A stretch of DNA of 63,931 nt, counting the filler, from Perkinsus olseni (lineage: Eukaryota): NCBI GenBank assembly GCA_013115125.1. It is 2 parts of 2 records of this genome, joined end to end, with 100 filler letters (N's around TTAATTAATTAA, not from the genome) between each part and the next. Parts side by side here need not be neighbours in the genome. Positions count along the whole stretch, not along the records: positions 1 to 31,923 come from JABANN010000407.1; positions 32,024 to 63,931 come from JABANN010000408.1. The stretch is one strand, 5' to 3'. The notes beneath the pieces were generated by a model. It was not told where the DNA came from and ran no database searches. It saw only the letters and a program-made list of their open reading frames with translations. Position numbers and translations under genes: made by a program. Below, piece by piece: positions 23,500 to 33,785 of this stretch. The stretch's first letter is position 1, and every line of letters starts with the position of its first letter.

Positions 23500-24680
23500 C
23501 CACCGTTCCTTCGCCTGCTCGGAGTACAAGTCGCCTCCTGATTTTCAGTGTAGGCATCATTTCTCAAGGACTCCGCATGCAGCTCATTCGCTATATGGTT
23601 GATGTCGTCAACAGTCATCCCAGTCTCTTCTCTTCAGTGGGCACCGTTGGATGCTGTTCCCTCAACGACTTTCCCTGAGCGCGCAGTCCCGCCGTTCGAT
23701 GGCTAAAGTCAAACGAGATCTTGCTCACTGCTCGTCTCTCAGGAAGCCTTGTCTTCGCTGTTAATCCACCTGCTCTGTGCATTCAGGTCAGCACTATACT
23801 CGGCTTCCAAGAGAGTTATGGTACTGGAAGTACCTTTGCTTCTCTCCACGTGATCAGCGGTAGTCAGCTGCCGAGCTCTCCCTGAACAGGAGCAGCTCGC
23901 GGACGTCAATAGGGGCGAGGACAGATCCTTCAGCCATAGGATGTGAAGCCTGGGACCGAATCGACGACCTTACATCGCGCTGGATTGAGACTTGCAGAAG
24001 AGCTGGAGTTCGCCAGAGATGATGGCCGAATCCGAATCCCAGAGTGCCTCGATCATCGAAGTAAAGATACCTCTCCGTGGGAACGAAGGGGAGTCTATGT
24101 ACGCGATAGCCATTTTGCCCGGGGTTCTTGCACGATACGGGTTCGAACCGGGCACATCAAACATCGCCAACCACCCTCGTCACAGCACCGCAGCATCGGG
24201 TCAGTAAGTGACCCGACTGACTAGTCGGCGTTGGGCGCGTCTCAAAATTCGTCTATCAGGATAGGGACCCGGCCATGTCCCAACTACGATTCTCGGAGAA
24301 TCATTTTCCATAACAGACATGGTTGGATCCTGTAGATTGGCACGATGAGATCACTAGACTTGAGAGGGATGGTGGTTCTCTAAACCTCATCGTCGTTTCT
24401 GCTGCGATTCTGTTACTCTTCCTCGACGTCCACCACAATAAATGCTTAGCTAAACATTGGGAACCGACCGAAGTGGGTTGAGTGCGAGTGCTCGGGAGTC
24501 GTGAACATGATGCATGAAGTGCGCGGGTTCGTATAGCATTCTCTTTAGTGGAATCCCCCGCCATAGAGAGCTGCGGACTGAAAGTTGATCGGGAAAGCGT
24601 GATTTGAAGCTCTCACAGACGAGGATGTTGGCCAAGGAATGGAGTAGGTCGTGGCGTAGCCTCTTGAGCGCTATTCGCCG
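23500..24680 (-). mobile_element. Decayed non-LTR reverse transcriptase remnant
   Basis: Frameshifted fragments in RT order: LLHSLANIL (ISLL..LGK.LE-like), STKENAI (ST.DA-like), IVVDV (V.LD-like), AGSLS (QGS.LS-like). Very degenerate; limits approximate. Confidence 0.35.
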
Positions 24681-24703
24681 AGTAAACTAATAGTTTACTA
24701 CTA

Positions 24704-24769
24704 GGTGGCAGCCATGGTCGCTAACGTGTAGTTACAACGTCGCTAACGTTAGCGACCATGGCTGCCACC
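24704..24769. repeat. Perfect 24-bp inverted repeat with 18-nt spacer (fold-back element)
   Basis: GGTGGCAGCCATGGTCGCTAACGT (24704-24727) and its exact reverse complement (24746-24769). Confidence 0.9.
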
Positions 24770-25067
24770 GTGATGGTGCGCAGGAGACTAGCGATTAATT
24801 ATGAGATGAAACAGCTTCAGAGTGGTACCTCTACTGGATGATATCTGACCGTACGGTTGCTTCACGGTTAATTGACCGGCAAAATAAGGTGTGGCTCGAA
24901 AAGAAGAGTGCGACTGCCTGTAAAGCGACCATGAAATTCAAGGTCTGACCAAATAGCTGTGTTTCTCCGGAAAACTGCCGTGTTACGATCTTTAATGTGA
25001 GTGACGATGGGTATTATGCCAGCATGTCTGTATATGTCTGTGTGTGTCTGTAAACCCAGTGTATACA

Positions 25068-25112
25068 GACACAGCGCAACATTTACGGACACAGCGCAAC
25101 ATTTACGGACAC
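25068..25112 (+). repeat. 20-bp tandem duplication
   Basis: GACACAGCGCAACATTTACG twice, followed by GACAC. Confidence 0.9.
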
Positions 25113-25648
25113 TCCGTCGAGAACACTAGTTACGACGTGCATGCATGATATTGCGGCAGAGACAAAACGAGAGACAACGGACCTCCGATATGGAAAACGA
25201 AGATGTAGCGATCCAGGGAATAGCGCTGTGAGCCTGACAGGAGGCCAACTTGGCCCGGCCGAGGGGTGGACCAGGACTGCAACACAACGAGAAGCTCCGA
25301 GAGAAAACTGCTACAGTTCAAGTGAAAAAAGCGAGCTACAAAGCTCAGAGGACAACACCATGAACCGGTCATCATGGGTTGTAAAGATGCCTGCACATCC
25401 GGGCTCATGAAGATCCATGACGTTCAGGATAAGTTCGGACAGCGATATAATGATGATCCCAAGAGATGGGGACACGAAACAAGTTATAATATATCAATAC
25501 GCATTCTGCACCCACTCCGTTACAACTATGCTGCTGCAACAGCCCGTCATCTAAAAGGCCCCTTTACTTACGCAAGGCAGCAGAGCAGTAGAGCTTGGAA
25601 GGGTAGCCGCTTGCCAGAACCGTACAACGCACAGTACAAATGCATCAG

Positions 25649-28600
25649 TCACTCGGTTTTGTGTGCACGTAACTTGACGACCCATTTCCTCCAATACGAG
25701 CCAGAGAGACCAAAACCAAAGGCAGCGTGTTGTATTGCTATATAGACGAGCAAGATAATTGTCATTGTAACTCTGAAGGACGCCGGATACACGTTATTCG
25801 GGCCATCATATCCCAGAGTCGAGATAGCAGGAGATGTCCACGGGTATCTTTGCAAAGCGAGCTCAGCGCCGGGACCGGAAGGTCTGCAGTCGTAGCTCGG
25901 CTGAGGCGACCAGTCGATGAGCTCGGGTACTGCCTTCTGATAAGTATGGACTTGGGGGCCTAGGAAACACCCACCAACCGATCCTACTGAGTATTGCTCG
26001 ATGACAGGGATGCCTGCGGTTTGAAGAGATGCACCGGTGTCACAGTTAATGCGAAAAACGCAGGATAGGTCCCCAGGCTCAACCCAGAGCAGGCTGAAGA
26101 TCAAGACGTTGACGAGGATATACATCACGTTCAGAGCCCAATTCCAGAGCACGCCCTTCCTGAAAGCCCCTCCATATGAGGAGACATAAGCGTGTGTGCT
26201 CAGAGCTGTCAGCATGAGGCAGACTTGGACAGGCATATCGTAGTTGTCGCCTTTTTTCGCCCACTCCTGCGGCGGGACACGCAGATCGAGAGTGTTAACG
26301 CGATTGTACCACTCCCTGTTAGAAGGCGACCACAGGAAAGCGAACGCTACAGACTCGGCGACGAAGTACGCCAAGATGGGCAGAGTGCACACAAGAATGG
26401 TTCTCCACCCGAGCAGAGATCCGCTGGGACGATAGTCTGCAAGTCTGGTCGATGGACCGGAGAGAGTCATCGTCCACACCATCACAACGCTGATGAGGAT
26501 GTCTTGAGAAATCCAGAACCACTCGCCTGGCACCTGGTTCCCGATGATAGTACCCACGACTCGGGAACTGGTGAGAATGAATGCATATACGATGAAGAAG
26601 GAGTAGGTGGCGATGTTAGTAGCGAGGCAGGCGCGACCCTCCCGGATCATGTCAACAACCGTGAAGAGAGATCGACCATCACGACCAGAACTGAAAGGTG
26701 AGACCATAGATGCTTCGGCATCAGATAGAGCCATACCAGCATGAGCAGCACGAAGGGCGCCGCAGTCATTACCACCGTCACCACACATGCCAACCACCAA
26801 TTTCTGAGATTGGAGGTACTTCGTCACGTTGACCTTATCCTCAGGCTTCATGCGGGCGAACACGAAGATGTCCTTCCACAAACGATCGAGCTGGAGGGAG
26901 TTGTGGACCAGGTATTTCCACGCAGATCTCGTCACAGCTAATTGATCTGCGCCGGCCTTGATATCTGAGCATGGCTCGTTCCTCTCAGTATCAGTCCACA
27001 CCAGCTCGTCGGCCTTCTCATCGAAGTCACCCAGTAGAACTCGTCCCCGTGTAGTGGCCTCAATTATACCGCACTCCTTGGCGATGGAGATACCAGTCAA
27101 GACGTTATCACCAGTGCACATGACGCTGCGAATGCTCCCGGCAGACAAGGCTTTCATAGCAGCGGGTGAGTCTGGCTTCATTTCGTTACGAAAAAGTAGA
27201 AGACCACACATCGATAGGCCCAACTCGAGAGAGTCCCTTCTAGCCGATATGATTTGCTCGTCCGTCAAGGAGTCGTCCAGAGTTTTGCTGGCCATCGCCA
27301 AGGTGTAGTAATTATCAGAAGCACAAGCCTCCGAGACCTCGACATAGTCTGCTGGGATCGTCTCGGGCAGGGAAATAGCGGCCACGCGTTCATAGGACCC
27401 CTTGATAATGACGATTGCTTCCCCGGTGGACAAGTCCCTGATCACCGAGCCGGACGTCATCCGGTTGTGATCGAAGTCGAGCTTCTTTAAGACCTTCAGC
27501 TTGTGCTCACCCTTTGGTGAGGTGATGATATTATCCGAGCCCTCCTCCCCTGGGTTGGGGAGAGACCATCCACTGGTAGTGAACATCGACACTTCGACGT
27601 TATTACCCACCAAGGTCCCATCACGCAGACTCGTCACAGTATGGCAACACGCCAAGCCGTATTGCATCCTCAGGGGAACCTTCTCTGATATCACGGACTT
27701 ATTCTGGTCATCGAGAGGAGGCAAGCCAGGCTCGAACTGCACCTTGCTCATGAACTTTCGCTTGGAAGCGTCGACGGCCACCACAGCTGCGAAATCCATC
27801 CCGTCTTTGGTGATGGTACCGGTTTTGTCGAAGACCATAGTCGATATCTTTCCGGCAACGGGTATCCTCCCCGGTTGAAGACATGATATCTTATGATGCT
27901 TCTCCAGCCTGTAGGCCGTGACAGACTGGCCCATCACAATGGAGACAGGCAGCATTGGGTTCATTGCCTGCGCAATAGTGCAGAGGACCTGTAGGCAGGT
28001 GACGACCCAGGAACCAAGGTTCGTCGAGGTCAGGTAGAGAACGATGATGAGGACGGCATACAGGGCAAGGATGCCGTAGACGATCGGCAGCTGGTCCGTA
28101 TACTTGAACCTAGCATGAAACTCATCACGTAGTTGCTGGGTGACGAGGCACGAGAATTCTGTCCACTAGAACTCTCCACAAGTTTCGTGGCTGATAGCCT
28201 AGGGTTAGGACGGCACGCTATGACAAGTACTGAAGATCACATGATCTCCGGTCGCATTTCAGTATAGCACGCACACGTGGAGCGGTGCGTGGCTCCCTTA
28301 CCCGAGTGAGCCTACCTGACGGACTGAGGGAAAAGAACCATCCTAATGAGTTGGCCTTTGGTTGTCAGAGCTCCAACACCGGTCGCCAACAACACAGCCC
28401 GTCCCTCGTGCGGACCAGTCGACTGCATACAGGTGGTGCCTGCATAAATGCCCAGATCCCGCCGGAGGATGGTCCGAAGAGAGGAGGTCTCACCTGCGTA
28501 TGCCATATTTTTCTTAGTAACTTCAGCACCTTGAACGTCTTCAACGGGGAACTTTTGGATGGGCATAGGCTCCCCCGTGAGCATCGATTCATTGACGATA

Positions 28601-29874
28601 ATCGACCCTTGCACAATCACACCGTCGCATGGGAGAGGCTCCCCTTCCTCCACTCTTAGTAGGTCACCAAGGACCACACCATGGGAGCCGATTTCGATCC
28701 ACTCTCCCGATCTCAATACCTTCACCCGGCTCTCGAGCTTCGCCATAGCAGCGATCTTCTTCTGGCCTCTTCTCACGATGAACAGGGCCCGATAGATTCC
28801 GGCAATGAGGGTCATGCCCAGCCAAATACAACCGATGTTCCACGTCGTGTAGACGATGTAGGACCAGGCTGCGATGGACTGCAGTATATACAGCACATCG
28901 CTGAACTCGGCGGCCAAACTTTCGAGAACGCCAGGGACCCTCACCCGTATCTCATTCGGGCCGGTTTTCTCCAGTTCGAGTTTGGCCTCGTCGTGACTCA
29001 TACCACCGGCTTTCATCTGGTGATGCATCTCAGCGGATGTCCATTCTCCCATACCAACAGGACGGTATCGCCCTTCCTCGTCATCTAGCACATATCTTAC
29101 ACACGTATAATCGTAGCACTTCACGCCAAGGAGCTTGTCGTACTCAACCTCCACCAACGTCTTGCAAGTTGCAGTCCTGAATCTCGTACGCAGTCTGTCC
29201 CACAGGACCGACAATTGACGACCAAAAGCCGGGATGTCTTCCTCGGAGGCCATGCCAGGATCGATCATGTCTTTAGAATCCTCAGCGAGCGGCACGGCTT
29301 CTTCAATGACCACGTTGGTCGCATCAGGGAGATTGGGTTCTGGGAGCATGAACAGAGTGGCGAGAGAGCCATAGAATTTAGATAGTGTAGCAGCAAGTAC
29401 ATGAAAGATGACCATAGAATATATGCAGGGTATCACAACTCCGTTCCAGTCAGTCTGCCAGGCCGAAAGGAGCTCAGGAAAATATGAAAATGTGCAGAAG
29501 ACGACGATGCCAAGGTAGGCCAAGACCAGCAGGACGATCCAAGAATACAGAATAGTTGTGCCGACGACCGATCTTCTGTACCCGGTTTGAATGAAGAGCC
29601 TCTCGACCTCATCTGGACTGTGAAATGATAGACGACGGGCAGCATCACATGACTTGTGTTTCGACTTGAAGGATTTAGTAGTGTGGGCGGAACGATAGAT
29701 CAGAAAGATTGCAGAGATGAGGAGCTGGCAGCAAAGGACGCAGGTCCAGGTGAGGGCAACCCCAGCTCCGAATTCCATACGTGGTAGTTGGAAGTTCTCG
29801 ATAAACTGAGAAAACTGGCGATTCCGGTAGCCGAGCGATGGCCCAACGGCGGGCGAAGTCCGTCTGACTCTCAT
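25649..29874 (-). CDS. P5-type ATPase (ATP13A-like), multi-exon
   Basis: NESMLTGE, phosphorylation motif FDKTGT, KGSYE, TGDN, FARMKP and MCGDGGNDCGALRAAH. Predicted introns 28493-28440 and 28315-28110 join the two ORFs in frame. Confidence 0.95.
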
Positions 29875-30859
29875 GCGTTTGCGCGTCGGAAAAACGCTAC
29901 TTGCCGCGATGATAGTCTAACAGCTAAGTAGCACTGGGCCAGGCTGTAGGTGTTACATAGCGTACACAATAGTCGTCACCATGTTGTCACTATAATGTGG
30001 ACTCACAGCAAAGCGCCAAGGCAACAGCACGCATGCGCATGTGGTGAGCATGCGTGCAGTCAAAGAGCGTCAGGCGCAGTACCGGTTAATCTGATCAGCA
30101 AGACCATGGTGATGCCTTCGGGAACATTCTGCGCCTCAGATCCCAAAAGTAGTAGCCTATGAGCTTTTAGCCCGATCGAAACTCATGCATGCACCGACAA
30201 GATGGAACCACACGATCGGCAACTCACCGTTTGTACCGACTCGACGAAGATCCCCTTGTGAGCTTAACCAGGTATTTAACAGACTGCCTTTCCTGAGTTT
30301 CAAGAGCACTGCCAGGATCGTCTTCACACGTTGAGTTCAAGTCTGATAGCGCTCCTGAGAGCGAACACCTCGCAAAAGAATCTCGACGCTTTGATCTTTC
30401 GCTCCCATCATTCTTTCCATCGGGCCAATGAGACGAGTCGCCGCTATAAGAGGCCAGTGTGCCATTTCACGCCCCAGTGGATGGCCTGCTCTCATTGGAT
30501 CTCTGATGCCAGTCTGGGAGACTCTGTCTCCGTCACTCGAGTGTATTGGCTCACGGCCCGCCAATTCCATTGCGCGGATCTTCTTCAAGAGCACCAACTC
30601 CTCGGGAGTTAACTCGACAGACTGTTTCTGAATAGCAGGATCTACAGGCTTCTTGGACGGATCATCGCCGTTGTCAGAGGGCATGAAAGGCAAAGTGATA
30701 TAACAAATCACTAATCATCACATAACTATCGACGATTAGAGAGCTCAACGATATACGACGTTAATTAATCATCATATACAAAGTGATCATCGAGAATAGT
30801 TAGTCTAGATGGCTGCGCTCCGCTCAATCGTCGCTCGCCCTGCGACACCAGTGTCATAA

Positions 30860-31452
30860 GGGGTGTTCAGAGAACCTATTCTGAAATTCAGAATAGATTC
30901 CAGAATGCAAAACACCAAAATCGCGTTCAGAGAACTGGCCCCGAAATGCATTCTAGAAAGTGTTCCAGAATGGATTCCGAACGCGTTCAGTAGACTTAAG
31001 ATTGTATTCCGAAACGTATTCCAGAAGGCGAAATTTGGGTATGAGAAAATCGTTTTCTGAGCGAATATTTTACGGCGCGTAGCTTTTCGTGGCGCGTGAA
31101 CGTTCTCCCCGACTTCATGATCCGTCCTGCCCAAGGATCGAACTCGCGGTCTTGCGGATAGGGACTGCGCGCTTTACCGCTAGGCCATTCGACTGGATTT
31201 CAGCGGCGACGCCTGTCAGGGGGCCAGGCGCTTGTACGCTAGCGGACGTTGCGCATGAAACGTTTCCAGAATCCATTCTAAGAGTGCGTTCTGAGAATGC
31301 GATCCGGTGAACACGTTTCGGAATCGATTCTGGAACATATTCCGAGATATTTGAGAATGGAATCCTCTGAACACGATTCGAGAATCAATTCTGAGAATCG
31401 ATTCTAAGAATACTTTCTGGAATTGATTCCGGCTGATTTTTCTGAACACCCC
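30860..31452. mobile_element. MITE-like TIR element with internal tRNA-like segment
   Basis: Terminal inverted repeats GGGGTGTTCAGA (30860) and TCTGAACACCCC (ends 31452), with many TTCC/TAGAAT-type subterminal repeats. No matching TSD (TAA left, GAT right). Confidence 0.7.
31124..31193 (-). pseudogene. Degenerate tRNA-derived sequence (A and B boxes)
   Basis: Minus strand reads TGGCCTAGCGGTAAAGCG..GACCGCGAGTTCGATCCTTG. Acceptor and anticodon stems are decayed. Confidence 0.5.
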
Positions 31453-31620
31453 GATACTGTCGAACAAAAGGCACAGAAGAACTGAAACCTTGAGTCAAGA
31501 TGGCTACGAACTACGACATCATAAACCCGACTCAGAGCACTAATGGGCGGAACAAACGGGCTCTGTCACTAAGTTTAGCCGAGTGAGTGGGTCGAGTGGG
31601 TTCGCTGTCGGGACACCAAC

Positions 31621-31923
31621 GGGCTGTTCAATAAACCGTTCCTGAGTTTCAGGAACGAGAATGCACAAATCTTGTTAAAAAAACGCACGCTAGGAACGTT
31701 CCTAGGAACATTCCCAGGAACGTGCCCAGGAATGTTCATAAGACGTTGAGCACGTTCCTGAACACGTTCCCAGGAACGTAAATTTGTGCAGCATGCGCCC
31801 AGTCTAACCGTGCCTGAGAATTTTGTGGCGCGTGACACTCTCTCGTGTTTGATGAAACCTCTGAGTGTGGGGAGGGGGAGTGGGGCGTGCGAGCACCGGA
31901 ACCTGAGGCAAGCGCAGTTCCGT
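31621..31923. mobile_element. Second TIR element, truncated by the assembly gap
   Basis: Starts GGGCTGTTCA, similar to the TIR at 30860, followed by repeated AGGAACG/CGTTCCT motifs. Confidence 0.45.
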
Positions 31924-32023
31924 NNNNNNNNNNNNNNNNNNNNNNNNNNNNNNNNNNNNNNNNNNNNTTAATTAATTAANNNNNNNNNNNNNNNNNNNNN
32001 NNNNNNNNNNNNNNNNNNNNNNN
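31924..32023. other. Assembly gap / scaffold linker
   Basis: 44 N, then TTAATTAATTAA (stops in all frames), then 44 N. Confidence 0.98.
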
Positions 32024-32198
32024 TATCACTCCTGACTATGCAAGCCTCGGCAGACTCGGCAGCGGCGTAGAGCTCCTCCTGTGTCTTGTAACCCTCGATC
32101 TTATCGAAAGTTAGACCGTTATCCTTGCATATCTTCTCGATACCATCAACGGCGATCTTGTTGAAGGGCTTGAAAGTAGCCAAAAGAACGGAAGGCAT
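32024..32198 (-). CDS. D-3-phosphoglycerate / D-2-hydroxyacid dehydrogenase, N-terminus (truncated by gap)
   Basis: VLLATFKPFNKIAVDGI...ACIVRSD matches the N-terminal pattern of short-type PGDH (AT.KPF...AV.GI...IVRSD). Confidence 0.75.
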
Positions 32199-32911
32199 TT
32201 TGAGATGGATGAATTTACTGTAATTCTACCAAGCGGAAAATCACGTCCACCCCAATCTTGGCTCCTCATCGTTTAGTCCGGATAATGAGAACGACAAAAC
32301 ATCTCCTCTGTTTGATAGATACTGATATCGTATCGAGGGATACTAATCGAGATATGACTGAGTGACACGCGTCATACGGACAGATAGGCTGAGATACTAC
32401 TGCCTGAGAGAGGCAGTATGGAGATACTGATGCTAAGATAGGTAATTGGCCAGGATCGTGAACTAGCTAAAATGTCGCTAGCGAAGCGTAGCAGGGAGGG
32501 GACAGAGATTTTGTGTGGTCTCTCGTCGAAGCCCATTTGGACGAGATTACGGCCAAAAGAGTCAATCCGGACGTCTGGCTCATAACTCCCACCTAGGCAA
32601 GGCCTTCCTCCGCCCCACAAAAATAGAGCGCTGACGACAGGGAGATTGTTTTCTCTTCGCTATTTTGTGTGCTCCGCTGTCTCCTACTTTCAGGATGAAA
32701 CGGTCGTATGCATCGTGCAATCAGAGTGGAGTACACATATCAACATTCACGGGTCGGATGGATAGTCAATCCTCCACTCGCGTGGTCTCAGTGTTGTAGG
32801 TGAGGCACGGATAGAGAGTTGCAGGTGGTGGGGATGCACTGCGAAGACGCTGTTCTCCAGCACGAGACGCTCGCGGCGGCATACAGCCTGAAAAGACACG
32901 CAATTAACATG

Positions 32912-33064
32912 TCCGCGGTAGTATAGTGGTGAGTATTCCTGCCTGTTCGGCAGCCTTGGCCTTTTTATTATATTACTCTAAAGTAGTTAGATTAGTCTTA
33001 GATTAGTGGGTCAGAATCCCGCGCTGTCCCGCAGGAGACCCGGGTTCAATTCCCGGCCGCGGAA
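32912..33064 (+). tRNA. tRNA-Asp-like gene interrupted by an 81-nt insert in the anticodon loop (intron-containing or pseudogene)
   Basis: Acceptor TCCGCGG/CCGCGGA, D arm GTATAGTGGTGAGTAT, anticodon stem CCTGC/GCAGG, T arm CCGGG-TTCAATT-CCCGG. Insert about 32947-33027. Discriminator is A rather than the usual Asp G. Confidence 0.7.
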
Positions 33065-33785
33065 ATCTTTATCCACAGAATCATCTTTTGAGATGAACTT
33101 TTTTACTGAACACGATCGCTAGAGGAGAGACTCTTGGTCAAACCAAACGGAAGTAGGACTAAGTAGGAAGCAACCATCCCGGGAGTGAACTCAATCGACC
33201 TGAACCTAGGTGCGACACCACAGTAGAGCAGAGTCTCGCAGAGACGTTGGTTCAATCGTCTGGACATACACTACTGTAGACTCCTACGATTCCTAGGACT
33301 GAAACACATACATTACGTCTTACTCGTGGCGCACAAATCGATCAAATTCGACGCAATATACAGTAGTGATGCCCTCGGCTCATAATTACTCGGCAGATAA
33401 CGCCTACAAGATGCTCTCTGGACAATTTTCTAAATTGACAGGACTGCATTATCCTGGTAGGACGAAATGCCCAAACACCAATAAAAAGGCACTATGTGTT
33501 CACTCAACAGGTCAAACATGGCCCCCCATTCACCCACGATATTTATAACGGTTATAACATAACCCACACAACAGATCATCTCTTTAGCAGTGGATACTGA
33601 ATGCTGCTGACCAAGTAATACATTATTATGTTAAATAGTCAGGGTTTGGACTCCACTCCGGGATAATAGTAAGCACGAACATCACTGGGAGTTGGTACAT
33701 GAACCTGAATAAGTCAACTCATATTTCAAAAACAGTTACGCCGGGTTACCTTGCTAGCCTGCCCTTTACATGGTGCGGTTTCAGC

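Noticed and set aside
30337-30711. 124-aa ORF, possibly gag-like
   Set aside because: No diagnostic motif, LTR or primer-binding site recognised.
30860-31923. Short repeated motifs considered as a CRISPR-like array
   Set aside because: Irregular spacing, both orientations and TIR boundaries in a eukaryotic context. These are subterminal transposon repeats.
31924-32023. TTAATTAATTAA palindrome between N runs
   Set aside because: Artificial scaffold linker with stops in all frames. Adjacency across it is not biological evidence.
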